From Podospora anserina (Eukaryota), in assembly GCA_017654855.1 (NCBI GenBank), contig CM030332.1, positions 496,001 through 560,000 on the forward strand: a stretch of 64,000 nucleotides of DNA, in the 5' to 3' direction. Under the pieces are notes generated by a model. The model did no database searches and was not told the DNA's origin. It saw nothing but the letters and a program-made list of their open reading frames with translations. Shown piece after piece: positions 37,540 to 50,340 of this stretch (its first letter is position 1; the number at the start of each line of letters is the position of its first letter). The position numbers and the translations under genes are program-made.

Positions 37540-37780
37540 AGGCCTTGGAAGAAAGACAATAGGCCGGTTTAACATCCCCAAAAAGAACTTTCATGCAATG
37601 ACTTGGCTCAAGTATTGAGATCATCCGGGCAGACCAAGACATCATCAAGCCATTAAAATATAGTCATACGGCCTCATATTATCACTGAAACCCTTTTCGA
37701 CTACCTCTCACCACCCATTGACTACCTGTTTAGCCATACAGAATCTATTTTGGGGCCTATTAACCATCTTCAAAGGACTA
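37540..37780. repeat. Degenerate 21-bp minisatellite units in both orientations
   Basis: AGGCCTTGGAAGAAAGACAAT (37540), AAGCCATTAAAATATAGTCAT (37647), and reverse-strand AGTCCTTTGAAGATGGTTAAT-AGGCC (37779-37754). Confidence 0.55.
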
Positions 37781-38344
37781 GTGGCTTCCTTTCACTGTCT
37801 TAATTCAAGCAGCAATCTCGACTTTTCTCACATACTCGGTGTATTCACCATTCACCACTTCATGCTTCAGTTGTTCATCACATTCAACTCAACAGCGCGG
37901 ACCTCACGGGCTTTCCTTGGGCGCTCTGAGAAAGGCACTCAGAGACCGCTGCCAATATACAGTTGAGTTCACTCAGGATATATAACACGTTGACAGGGGC
38001 AAACCGTGCCGCAAGTATAGGAGACACTACGTGGCTGATATGGGAAGAGGAGACATAGAAAGTGTAGAAGGGGAAGAGTTGATAGCCGTATGGCGTAGGT
38101 ACGCAGGAATAAGACGTTGCATTCTCAAATACATTAGCGACCTGCCAAGAGTCGTTTGGACAAGCCAAGGTCCCTACAACTCTGCTGCTAAAGACGTCAA
38201 AATAAAATAAAATTTATGATATGTATGCTAAAAGACCAAGGTCACATGTCCCAATGCCGTCCGGTACGCCATAACACCCACTATGCAAGTTCTTTTTCCC
38301 TTCTCTCCGGTTGTTTTTAGTTTAACTTTGTTGATATTGCTTGC

Positions 38345-39551
38345 TTAGCAGCAGCCAGTGTTGCCCTTGGCCGCCTCAAGCTTGGCAGGGTCAACAGAGG
38401 TGTCAAGCTCGGTCTCCACCTTCTCGTTGGGGCCGGCAATGAGAATCTTGATGACCTCACCCTCCTTGACCTTCTTGAACGCCGACTCGGCATCCTTGAA
38501 CGCAACGACGCCATTGACGAGCTTCTTGACGTCAACCTTGCCAGCGGCCACGAGCTCAATAGCAAGCTTGTAATCACCGCTGCCGTAGCGGAACGAGCCA
38601 CGGGCCGTCACCTCCTTCAGGCAGAGAGCCATGATAGGGAAGTTGATGTCCGACTTGCCCATGCCGCCCTGGACGTAGGTGCCACCCATGCGGACAACGT
38701 GGAGGGAGGTCTGGATGCTAGGCTCGGCACCGGAGGCGTCAATGACAACGTCGGCGCCCTTACCGAGGTTGGCAGAGGCGATGAGGTTCTTGGCATTCTC
38801 CTCGGCGGAGACACGCTGGGAGAGGTAGGTGTGGGTGGCGGCGAAGGACTTGGCAAAGTCCAGTTTCGACTGGACAATGTCGACCTGGACGATCTTGGTG
38901 GCGCCGAAGGAGGCAGCGACGGCGGCACAGAGGAGGCCGACGGGGCCGGCGCCCATGACGACAACGCTGTTGCCAGGCTGGACGCGGGCCTGCTTGACGA
39001 TGTGAACAGCCACGGCGAGAGGCTCGATGAGGGCGCCCTCTTGGAGAGACACGTTGTCGGGCAGCTTATAGCAGAAGTCGTGGGGAGCGGACCAGAAGCC
39101 TGTTAGCGTGCCGTCGTAGGGGGGAGTGGCGGCGAAGACCATCTCGTGGCAGAGGTTGTAGCTGCCGCCGAGGCAGTCGGGGCAGCGGCGGCAGGGGTAG
39201 CCGGGCTCGAGGGCAACACGGTCGCCCTTCTTGAGGTCTGTGACTCCGGAGCCGACCTCAACGACGGTACCGGCGGACTCGTGGCCGAGGACCATGGGGT
39301 CCTTCACGACGAAGTGGCCAATGGCGCCGTGGACCCAGTAGTGGACATCAGAGCCGCAGATGCCGGTGTAGTTGATGGCGACGAGAACATCGTGGGGGGA
39401 CTTGAGCTTGGGGATTGGGCGCTCCTCGAAGGAGACGTCATTGGGCTTGTTGAGGACGAAAGAAAGGTTCTGTTTGGCATCGGTTAGCTTGCGCGGTAGG
39501 GGGGTAGTTGTTGAAGCTCTTGAAAGCTATGACGGAACTTACGGAAGACAT
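38345..39551 (-). CDS. xdh: Xylitol (sorbitol) dehydrogenase, Zn-dependent MDR
   Basis: 9-nt first exon 39551-39543, second exon 39469-38345. Motifs [51 protein letters not shown]. Confidence 0.93.
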
Positions 39552-40789
39552 TGTGACTATGGGAGGGCTGCGCAAGAACTGTACAAGAAAGAATAAGAGA
39601 GATTCAATGAGCTATCAGCGCTTGCTTGCGGAGCGGAACTGATTAGGGGATTGTCAAGAAAAAGTATGGACAAGAGAGAGAGAGAGAAGGAAGACACCAG
39701 GGCCTACGAATATATACGAAAGCCAAGTCGAGCCACCCCGACTCAGGAGCTAATGTTCAATCTCCCAGCAAGAAGAGTAAACCCGCTTCTCGGAGATATC
39801 CCAGATGGCCAGAACCTACCAGGAGGACCGCAACGATGGATGAACTGGATGGAGGGGGGGGCGAGTGCGGGGAGCTTCTCCTCCAAAGTGCCCCTCCATG
39901 CGCGTGTACCTGACCGGTGACCACCAGTGTGACAATCTCGGTGGCCTGGAAGGTTGGGCTCGATACCATGCTGTAGAGAAAACCCCCCACTGCAGGGCGG
40001 GCATTACGCCATGGATTCCATGGCTTTACACGGCGCCCATCTTGGTCTCTTTTCCTGGTGTTGGAGGTGAAGGATCGAGCTCTGGGAGAGCTTGAAGCAG
40101 AGGACCCCACCCCTCGAAATGCTCGACATTTATCCAGACATTTTACCCGCTCCAATCAAAATCGGAGCGCATTTCCGGTGGTATCCGCTCCTGCGAGGGG
40201 GATATCATCTTTTTCACTCCTTCTGGTGCCTGATGCAGCGCTGTCAAAACCTGGACACCTGGACCAGGTGTCAGCTGAGAGTCAGAGACTTCTCAGGATA
40301 AAAACAAAAAAAGGAGAATGGTTAATGTCGGCTGAAGTTGTTTTGTTGGATTGCCGCAGGGTTGGACTCGGGCGCCCGAGCGACTGGGTGGACTGGGATG
40401 AGAAAGCACCATGAGGGCATTGTGGGCTGATTGAGTTCTTCGGAGCCTGGTTCGTGGGAGGCAGAGGATTTGATATGCCGCTGCAACGGAACCTCAAATG
40501 CAAGTGCGGCTCGAGGGTGGTGTGCGGTCGCTTGCGCGTGATCGAGATGCATTCGCTACTGCACCAATGCCTTTGACATATCTATTATACCGCTGAGCGC
40601 GGCAGTTGGAGCTGCGATCTCGGAATGATATCAGTTTTACGATATGTAACCTATCCAAGGGGGATCACCAAGGGTAAAACAGCCCAAAGATGCAATCATC
40701 ATTTTTGTACCAGTTGGCATTAGGTCAGTGGAAGATATACAATACAAAAAGAAAAACCGCAGCTACTATTTAGCCAATAAGTAAAAGAA

Positions 40790-40901
40790 TGATGAGAGTG
40801 GGATTCGAACCCACGCCCCTTTCGAGACCAGGAAATACTTTGCAGTATGGTAATTCAGGTGGACCTGAACCTGGCGCCTTAGACCGCTCGGCCATCTCAC
40901 C
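40790..40901 (-). tRNA. tRNA-Leu(CAG) with intron
   Basis: GGTGAGA...TCTCATC acceptor stem, TGGCCGAGCGG A-box, CCAGG-TT-CAG-G...CCTGG anticodon arm, variable arm, GGTTCGAATCC. Confidence 0.93.
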
Positions 40902-41153
40902 GGATTGTCATGTAAACTGGTGGCAAATTTTATTCCTAAGTTCGTACAAGACACTCGGCATCTGAATGTACCTTGAAAAGGGGCCCCCTTTTCCCTGTAT
41001 CTCGGCGCAACCCAGACTCTCAATCCTTAAAACCACGACACTCAAACATCTTCACGCTAATTCTCAGAAGCCAACTAATCCGAACGTTGAGTAAGTGAAT
41101 ATGTGGCTCTTTTCATGGTACCAATTACGACTCTATGACTATCAATACGCAGC

Positions 41154-42164
41154 TTAACCGCGGTAGCCCGATCCCATCCAGGGTGGCAACGCCAACGTGC
41201 ATCCTCCGTCCTCATTAACTTTCATTTCTGAGTCTTTCTCTTTCACAGTATCCCTAGAATCAAATCTGTGAATTCTCATCATACCTCGCAAAGATAAATC
41301 CGGCAGTTTGCCGATGGCAGCCTCGTTTGAGGAACCGTAATACCTATCCGGCCGCATTGTGACTGCCACGACTGTATTGAGATCAGCCAGAGTCGCATCA
41401 CAGACCAGAGCACGGCGCCAAATCGGGCGGTTTGGCAGCAAAGCAAAGACTTCTGCCTGTATTGTTGTGTTTTGCGCTTCGCTCTTATTTTTCGGCCATC
41501 GTGCCACCATCTTTCCCAGATTTGCCTCTTCAACAAAATTCTGGTCGTTGCTAAAGAGGTAAACAGCGACAAGCCATTTACCCGTCAAATAAGTCTTTGA
41601 AGGGTCCTGCTGCGAGTACACCATTTGTCTGCCCCAGGTTCGGTAAGGTCTGCAGCAACAACCATAGGCTTTTCCTTCACACGGGCATCTAGCTTTGTAG
41701 CGGTGCAAAGGAGAGGTGATTTTGGCCGAGGGTGGCGCGACTGGATAGTTTCGCCAATTGACCAGTGATTCCAAGTCTGGGTTCTTTCCCACAGATAACA
41801 ACAGCTCCACCAGAAGACATCACACGATGATTTCCCATGGCGCATCGCTTGGCTCATACCCAGGTGTTGTTTGGGATGAATGGATCAAATAGCGAAAGTT
41901 TCGGACCGGAGGTATGTTTGATTCCCGCGTGGCAGTGAAGTAGTCTTCTTGATTGCGGTAACGGCCGTAGATCGCCCACTCGATCATATCCCAGATTTTG
42001 CAAGATAGAGAGCTGAGCCGCAGCCATCGGCGCAGCGTGTTATTCTCGGCATCTTCCTCAAGTGGCTCGCGGATGAGCATGTTCTCGGGACGAACATGAT
42101 GACTTCTCAACGAGTGTAATTCCATGTTAGCCGTTGGCGTCTCATACTTTGTCATCTTTGCCAT
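41154..42164 (-). pseudogene. Hypothetical ~336-codon ORF interrupted by one in-frame TGA
   Basis: ORFs 41820-42290 and 41154-41810 share a frame and are separated only by the TGA at 41822-41820. ATG at 42164; TATTTAAA ~135 nt upstream. Confidence 0.5.
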
Positions 42165-42619
42165 TGTGGGCGTCTGCTCAAGTGGCACCGTCGTTGTTGG
42201 TGAGAGAGAACGTGACTGCCTTGAATCTCGAGGTCGGAGGTGTTGATTGTAAGAGATGCGAGAAGAAGAGAAAAGAAATGTGGGATCCAAGCGAAATTTA
42301 AATACCGCAGAGGAGGCGCCCGTCTCAAACTGAGTTGACGAGGCTTAATTTAGTCAAACCTTGCAATCGTTTACGAGATATCCGCCACACTGTGGGCAGA
42401 AACCAGGCCAATATAAGCTTGGAATAGGACTGTGAAATATGGACCGAGGCTGGTCTTATCTGATGCACCCTCAAAATAGTGTTTCTTATCGGTATACGGA
42501 TTACGGGATGTCCTAAACCAAAACCTGTCAGTTGAATAACAGGCTATTTCGGGCAAGTCCAGTGGTCAAGACACACTTCAACTCTGCCCCTCTGACGTCT
42601 AATTGCTTGTAACCGATGT

Positions 42620-44335
42620 TTAAAGAGCATCAGCTTTCTCCAAAATTCCCAATGCTCCGCCAACAAGATGTAAACTGCCTGTGATGAGTGCTTGTACCTT
42701 GCTGCCGTCTTCTCCCTCAGAATTTGCCAACCCTCTCGCAGTGTTGATGGCTTCCTCAATGCTAGGTATCACTAGAATCTTGGCAGATGTGTCGAGTGAT
42801 GCCCATTTCTCAGCAAATATACGTTGCTGGGTCATTTTCTCGATGTCAGCTGGGTTGTACTGGTGATTCACAAAGTCTGGTTGAGGTTAGCTATGAGCTT
42901 TGTCCAAAATTGTGGTGCAGGGGACTATACCCCTCTTATAGCCCGTCGTGGCATATGTGACATTCGTGCAGAAGATGACATGCTGGAACCCTTGACCTGT
43001 CGAACCGGCGTTCTTCACAGTGTTGCATAATCCGTCCAGGAAGTCGACGGCCTCGCTCCGCCCTTGTTGGTTGAATATTAAAACTTTTGGTCCCTTGCCC
43101 TCAGTCTTGGTTTCCTCAACGAACCACCTGGCCGCCATCTTCAAGCTATCCACGGTGTGCGCACCGTCCACGTGCCAAATAATATTGTCCTCTTCTTTGA
43201 CCTCACACCGTCCCCTCCAAACGACTTGTTCTATCCCATCAACAAACTCACTTGGCAATGCCGCCGCATCCGGCTTAAAATCGGGATCCAGCTTTTTCAG
43301 CGCCGTCTCAGCCAATGCAATTGCGAGCGTAGCATTCTTCTTCTGGAAATTCGCATCGGGCCTAACTCTCACGCCTTGGAGCCTTTGATCGACCTCGAGG
43401 ACCTTCAGATCGACACCCTTCTCCTCCGCTCTGTTCTTGAGCACCTCGGCAGCAGAACCGACCTGCTCGATGGTGAAACCAGGGCTGCCTTTCTTCAAGA
43501 TTCCTGCCTTGTGCCACGCGATCTTGTCAACTGTGTCGCCCAACACATAGACATGGTCAATGCCCAATGTGCTGATGCCGCTCGCCACAGGCCGCTCCAC
43601 CACATTCGTGGCATCGTACTCGCCCCCTATTCCCGTCTCATAAATGGCAACGTCGACGCCTTCCGACAGGTAGACATGGTAGCTCATGAGAGTCAGGTAC
43701 CGCGCGTAGATTGGTTTCGTGCCAGGCTCGACGAGATCAGTCGCAACTGTGCTGTTGTCCTCTAGCCTGTCCCAGACCTCGAAGAAATACCTTGCAAACA
43801 TCTCCTCTGAAATCGGCCGAGAATTGATTCGTATCCTTTCGCGGACTGCGATCAAATGTGGGCTGGTGAATAAGCCAACCTTTTTTGGAATCCCTTTCGT
43901 CTGGTGCCATTTTGACAAGATGGAATCGACAAAAGCACACGTGCTTCCCTTCCCCTTGGTGCCAGCAACGTGCACGATGTTGAGCTTCTCGAGATCAGAT
44001 GATGTCGAGTAACCTATCCGGGCCAGATAGCCTCTCATTTCCTGGACGGAGTTCGCATCGGGGCGAATGCCTGCTTTCCGGCGGGCCTCAATGACAGCGA
44101 AGGGGGTCTGGAGGGTGTTGAGGGTGTCGATTGCGTCCTTTATTACTGGTTAGTGAATGATGATCGCAGGATGGAGATGGCAGTTTACATTATATGTTCT
44201 TGACGCCATCTCTGAAAAGTGTTGCCGCCGGTAGCTGACAAGAATTGAGATGAGGGTATTCCTTGTGGTGGTGGACTTGAAAGATGTCGTCGGTAAACCG
44301 CCGAAGATTGCTTTTCGCTTCAGCACATGATGCAT
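42620..44335 (-). CDS. met-6: Folylpolyglutamate synthase (MET7/met-6 type), probable mitochondrial (ATG 44335) and cytosolic (ATG 44209) starts
   Basis: Exons 44335-44189, 44137-42931 and 42876-42620. Motifs YNDAIDTLNTLQT, HVAGTKGKGST, FTSPHL..VRERIRIN, ETGIGGEYDATN, IAWHKAGI, DGAHT, ITGSLHLVG. Confidence 0.92.
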
Positions 44336-44817
44336 TGAGGTCGAGTCTGAATATCGGTTGTGGATGTGGGTTTATCACCGACTTCTTATCTTGTATAATT
44401 TGATGATGGTTCACATATAATTCCCGAATTAAGCGCAAGATAAAATGTAGACGGATGTGGGATAGTGCGACAAGATGCTGGAAGCGGAATACTCCGGGTT
44501 GCTTCGACCCCCGAACATCGGCGTCGGTGCAGACGTCAGAGGCCCACTTATGTTGCAACTGCTGTCTATATCGGACGGAACAACAAGCTGCCGGACTTGG
44601 TGAGGGTGAGACCCGACGTTCCGGTCTTTATTATTTGCCTTCAACTTGTACTTGTATCAGACAAGCAAACGACAGGCCTGAGAATGGTATTCTAGTAGGA
44701 TAGCTTTGAGAATTTATACTTAGGGACTTCCTGTCCAAACTTCGCATCTTCTCCGGTGTCACATCCTGAAAGCTCGTCCGCGTACGGGCATGATTTCGCT
44801 GTTGGATGAACCCCAAT

Positions 44818-46503
44818 CTATGCACTGATTCTCTTCAAGACAGTCCCAACAAGATGGAAACTTCCCGTCGCCAGCACCCGGCACTCCTTTCCTTCCGCTC
44901 TTGCCTTTGCTGTCAAATATTTAACCCCTTCAATAGTCAACTGAACATTGTCGGACACTCTACTTTCCACCTCACCGTTGTACTCCTTCATGATCTCGAG
45001 TGCTTTCGTCTGCACACTCAGGTCTCTCTTCTCGCCTTCCTTTGGCGGTAGCTCTTCGTTTCTCGTGAAAAAAGCATGTGTAAACACCTCCTTTAACCCA
45101 CTAGCTTCCTTCTCTGCGCCCTTGAGCAACGCAGTAAGCAGTATCTTTGGGTCCCGTTCCTGCTGGTTAAACACCAGAACCCTCAGCCCATCTCCTGCCC
45201 TTGAAGCAAACCACTCTCCCACACCCGCCAAACTATCCTCTGTATGCGCTCCATCCACAAGCCACTCGGTCCCATCCTTCCCATCCCTTACAACCTCACA
45301 TCTCCCTCTCAAACTCGCCTCTCTAAGACCCTTCACAAACTTATCCGGTATATCATCCAGCCCCCACTCCTCATCAACCCCAAACCTCCCTTCAAACTTG
45401 TGGCCTGTTTTAACAAGATGCTCCCGAGCAGCATACACAGCCAAAGCCATATTCCCCTTCTGAAACGGTCCCTGCAACATCCCCCCTTCCACCCCCTTCC
45501 ACCCCTTCACCTCTTCCTCACCAATCTCCACTAATTCCGCCCCCTTCTCCCTCGCCCTCTCCCTCAAAACCTCCCCCACCGTCTCCCGTGGATGCCTAAT
45601 CGTAAAAGCCTTCACCCCCCGTTTGAAAATCCCCGCCTTATGCCACGCAATCTTTTCGACAGTATCCCCAAGCATACCAACATGATCAATCCCCAACTGC
45701 GTCACCACCGCAGCACTGACACTCTCCTCCGTGAGCACATTAGTAGAATCATACTCCCCCCCAATCCCGCACTCCACCACCGCATCCCTCACCCCCTCGT
45801 CCAGAAACGCCCTCAAGGCAACAATGGTCAGAAACCGAAAATAAAACGGCTTCGTCCCCGGCCCCTCCAACTCCTCTTCTTTTGCCTCGGCACCAAGCTG
45901 CTTCCTCGCCTCCGCAGTCATGGTATCCCACACCAGATTGACGTACTTGCCAAACTTCTCCTCATCAATCATCCCTTCTTTTTCCTGTGGCGATAAAAGG
46001 GAGATCCGCTCCCTTTGGTCAACAAGATGGGGAGAGGTGTACACTCCCACCTTTTGAGTGGGGGGGTTTGAGTATTGGGCGAGGATGCTCCCCACAAAAG
46101 CGCTGACGCTGCCCTTGCCTTTTGTCCCGGCGACGTGCACGCATTTCAGGCCTGAGGAGGCGATGCTCTCGGGGGAGAGCCCCGCGCGGGAGAGCCAGAA
46201 GAGCATTTCGGGGATGGCGGCCGCGTTGCGGTCTGTGCCGTCTGGCAAGGGGACTGTGAAGAGGGAGGTGATGGCGAGGTTGGATTGGAGGGCGGAGAGC
46301 CGGGAGAAGGCTTTTTGGTAAGAGACAGAGGAGGACATGTTGGGGGTTATGTGGATGGGTCGTCGGGGGTGAGATGAGATGTATGCCGGCAGCGAGAAAG
46401 AGGTTGGCACCCTGGATGGGATGAAAGATGGTTGCTGGAAGCGGGAATTTGTGATGGTGCTGATGACAGGTTGTCGTGAAAGTGAGCGATAGATAGCTCG
46501 CAT
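44818..46503 (-). CDS. Second FolC/FPGS-family Mur ligase, intronless
   Basis: Motifs LSALQSN, HVAGTKGKGS, YTSPHL...RERI, ECGIGGEYDSTN, IAWHKAGI, DGAHT, ATGSFHLVG. Arg/Ser-rich presequence before the second ATG at 46338. Confidence 0.9.
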   Translation of the reverse strand: MRAIYRSLSRQPVISTITNSRFQQPSFIPSRVPTSFSLPAYISSHPRRPIHITPNMSSSVSYQKAFSRLSALQSNLAITSLFTVPLPDGTDRNAAAIPEMLFWLSRAGLSPESIASSGLKCVHVAGTKGKGSVSAFVGSILAQYSNPPTQKVGVYTSPHLVDQRERISLLSPQEKEGMIDEEKFGKYVNLVWDTMTAEARKQLGAEAKEEELEGPGTKPFYFRFLTIVALRAFLDEGVRDAVVECGIGGEYDSTNVLTEESVSAAVVTQLGIDHVGMLGDTVEKIAWHKAGIFKRGVKAFTIRHPRETVGEVLRERAREKGAELVEIGEEEVKGWKGVEGGMLQGPFQKGNMALAVYAAREHLVKTGHKFEGRFGVDEEWGLDDIPDKFVKGLREASLRGRCEVVRDGKDGTEWLVDGAHTEDSLAGVGEWFASRAGDGLRVLVFNQQERDPKILLTALLKGAEKEASGLKEVFTHAFFTRNEELPPKEGEKRDLSVQTKALEIMKEYNGEVESRVSDNVQLTIEGVKYLTAKARAEGKECRVLATGSFHLVGTVLKRISA

Positions 46504-47125
46504 TCTCAGTTGAGGTTCGGCGACATTCGGCTGTGAGTGAGAGCTCAGGTGAAATCTGACCGGGCTGATGTGTCACTGTAAGAATTGCTCAGTCGGTCCG
46601 GACCGGAGTAAGACTGTGAAACATATCAGGATAATGTTCTCGCCTCATTGATTTCAATCTCACTACTTACGACACAAAAATCAATCAATAGGCCAAAAGT
46701 ATCAATCTTCGGCTTGATGTGATGAAAGATGAAAGAACATGATCAAGTCAAGATTGATCACCACATAAAAGCGGGTCACTCCGAAATGCGGCTCTAAAGA
46801 GAAGCACAATGCAGGGGCGCAACAAGAACTGCGAGCAATTAAAAAAACAGGGAAAAAATCAGGAATATGTAGGAAGAGTAAGCCATTCTGAAATTCTAGC
46901 TGGCAGAATTACGCCATGGTCATGCTCACTCAGCTGGCTGAAAGGTAAAAGAAACTATACCGCAACCACACAGCAACGGCACATCACATACATGGTATCA
47001 ACACAAGCCACTCTATTGAATACTTAATACAATCCGGCCTAGCTATCCTTCCACGGTGTAGACGCGGTCTAAACAAGGCCAATGTACACAACAAAAGAAA
47101 AATTTTGACGTCCCGTTGGTCCCTT

Positions 47126-49283
47126 TTACTCCACCTTCAAACTTTGCAGTCTGGCCTCGGTTGTGATGACCTATCATATTCATTAGTAAATTGTGTTGCA
47201 TAGCTTCAAAAGGAAGATAACTTACGTCCAAAGCCTGCTGCACCTCCAACACCTTGCGCACCTCGCTCAGCCAGTCCCTGCTCAGCGTCTTGGCCCACCC
47301 ACCAAGGGTGTTCATCTCACGCGCCGCGTTGTCAAGGTCGCCCTCCTCCAAGAAGGTCTGAGTGCGGGTAAGAATGCTCTCAACATCGTCACCGGCCGCC
47401 AAGCCCTGCTTCTTGAACATCACCTTGCTCAAGAGGTAGCTAGAGGCGTGGCTAGCGACACCAGCATCCTCGGGAAGAAGAGACGCCTTGCGCACCTCGG
47501 CGGCAACGCGGCGGAATCTGTCAATCAGCTCGGCGGAAGTAGAAATACCGCGCTGGTAAGCAGAAGGGTGGATGGAGGCGATGGCCGCATCGACAACCGG
47601 GTCGTCAGCGGCGATCTCCTTGAGAGCGACAAGCTCCTTGATGAATGGCCGGGGGTGGTGGGCATCCTCCAAGCTGGCACGGACGGCCTCAACAGCGACG
47701 TGGAGTTGTTGGGTGCGCAGGTTGGTGTCAACGACCTCGTTCAAACCAGTAGTAAGCTTCTCGAGCTCAGAGACAGCCCTGGAGAGAGACTCGATACGGC
47801 CAAGACGTCCTTCACGCTCCTCCTCGACATGCTTCTTGATGTCCCGAGAAAACTGACGCTGCAGCTCGACAGCTTGCTCCAAAAGTTTGTTCTGGAGCTT
47901 CTGCTCAGAAAGTTTCTGCTCACGCTCCTGAATCAGCTTGATCTTGTCGTCGTAGTTGTGCTTCAATCTCTCAACCTCAGCCTCAAACTCCTGACGCCAC
48001 TGCTGCTCCTGGGCCAGCATGATAGCCTCCAAACGAGACACAAGGTCGTTGGCATGCTTGTCGAATGAGTCGATGCGGGCCTTGACCTGCTTGGCAGCCT
48101 CTTCCTCCGCGGCAGACTTGATGCTGAGAATTCTCTCTCCGACTTTGCTGACCTCATCCTTGGCCTTCCAGATGGTCTGGGAGTACTTGTCGGCGGCACC
48201 GTCGTAGTTGATCACCGTGATGATGTCGTTGAGCATATGAACCAATTGTTGAACGATGGCGTCGTCGGCATGGGGAACAGACAGAGGATCGATTGGCGAA
48301 GCAGGGGGCCACACAGAAGGCTCGTTGACATCAGGGGCCCTGAACTCCTTGGGCTTGGAAGAAGTAGCGGCAGCCGGAATCACAGCAACCTCCTTCTTCT
48401 CCTCCACACCCTTGACCTTCTTCTCCAGAGCCGCATCCTTGGCTTCGACCTTGGGAAGAGCCGCAGTCTCCTTCTTGGCCTTGGTTACAGCAGCAGGCTC
48501 GGGCTTGACGATATCCTTGACAGTGTCCTTGACGGCGTCCTTCGCAGCAACAACCTTTTGGGCCACACCGCTCGACTGGCGGCCGGCATGGTCACCATCG
48601 GCCACCCTCCATGACGCACCGCTCTGGGCTGGGATGCTGACTTGCTCGCTGGCCGTATCGGCCCGTCTGCCTGTTACCCGGTTCGCAACGTTGGGGAAGC
48701 GTTTCCTAAAGTCGAGCTCCTCAAGGTACAGAACGGCCTCCTCGCCGTAGGGGACATATTGGGTGAAGAAGTCGTGGAAGTTGTCATTGATGCGGGAGTA
48801 CCAAACGCCGCCACCAAACCCGAGGACACCGAGAAGTACTAGCTTCAGGAGGAAGTTGCGGAGTCTGCGGAAGAAGCCCTTCTTCTTGGGGACGATGGGA
48901 GCGACGGGAGGAGGAGGAGGGGGTACAACGGCGGGGCCAGGGGCCGGTGGTGTCAAGGGTGCTTGCTCGGGAGTAATCGTCGCGGCGGGGGTAGTCTGGG
49001 GAGGAGGTGGTGGGGGAGTTGTTGGGGCAGTAAGGGTCTCAGCGGCGGGAAGCTTTGCTTCGTCGACGACGGGCTTCTTGTCGTCGGCATAGAATCTCTA
49101 GATGCAAACAGAAGGGTTTAGTTAGCTTCCCGTTGCAACCGATTCTAATACTTGAAAATGAGGTCATACCTGACCCGAGACAACCGCACGTCGGGCTGCG
49201 GAAGCCTGCCATTGGCGCCCGGCAACGGCAGCCGCAGGCCTGCTGCCCAGCGCCCTCACTGATCGTATCGATGTACGCAACAT
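47126..49283 (-). CDS. MIC60: MICOS subunit Mic60 (mitofilin)
   Basis: Exons 49283-49170, 49097-47226 and 47170-47126. Presequence, TM segment followed by NDNFHDFF..YVP.GE, coiled coil, and mitofilin domain (ASLLPEDAGVASH, LEEGDLDNAAREMN.L.GW). Confidence 0.95.
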
Positions 49284-50340
49284 GAGGGAGATGGAGTGGC
49301 CGGTTCGGCGCAATTGGGAGGGTTAGACGTGGTGTTTTGGGGGAAGAATGCTGAGCAAAAAAGAGCTCGGCAAAGTTCCGGGAAGAAGCTGCGGGCCACA
49401 GCGAGAATCCTGGCGACAGGGTCTTGGCACGCTATCAGCTGTGCGTTGCAAACGGGACTTCCACAATATACACTTTTTTTTGGCAGCCTCACACGCCTTC
49501 GATGCCCGTGCGCGAGATATTGTATTTTTACACTTTTAAGTATAACTTACCCGCAACGTTTAACGTATAAATATAATAAATATAGCTATGTAGTCCTACT
49601 TACAACGATTATTTTGTAAATATTAATTCTTATGCGCGGATAATGCGCGTGTTAAATCGACTAAGAACGAAATCTGATTATTTTTGGTTTTACTGGCCCG
49701 AGCGGCTATCAAGAAGTCTCACTGGCCAAAAAAAGTATGGTTTGGTGGAAGTCTGGTTTGCAACGCACAGAGGTCCCGTCACGAAATGACATCCGACATC
49801 AGCACACCTGCCTCACTTTGAATGATACAATATATGGGATGAATAGTTCGTTTTTTAAAGACCAAAACAGGTTGAAAGATACGCTTTGCATTATACTCAC
49901 GCCTGTATACCCGTCCCCTCTAGTCCCTGCCGGCACCGCATCTGTCACTGAATTACCGCGGCCGTTGCAAGCTGCTGCTTCTATCTGTCTGCATACCATA
50001 CTGTACAGCGAAATGCGCCAGTCCGGCTCTCCCACACCAGGTGGCCTACCTACGCTTTCTCCTCGACCATGGTGCCGAGAAAAACACACCCGTTAAAAAA
50101 CAATCCCATAAGAAAGATGAGGTATTTAAAAAAAGCAACACTGGTACCCTCCTCCCAACAATACTCCGATCAAAGATGTGTGTGTGTGTGTGTGTGAATG
50201 TCGATGTCCCTGTCCCCGTTCAACAAAAGCCCAGATTAGCCCCAAACTGCTCTATATTCTTCCTCTGACATCCACTGCCGGTCATACGCCTGAGTCCTTG
50301 AATATGCTTCTAACCGTGTGGTTTCAAGAACCGTCTCTCA

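Noticed and set aside
39560-40700. CreA-like SYGGRG sites in the XDH promoter
   Set aside because: Short degenerate motifs expected by chance; no clear XlnR-type site recognised.
49500-49740. AT-rich patch upstream of MIC60
   Set aside because: No TIR, LTR or coding relic seen; compatible with ordinary promoter or terminator DNA.
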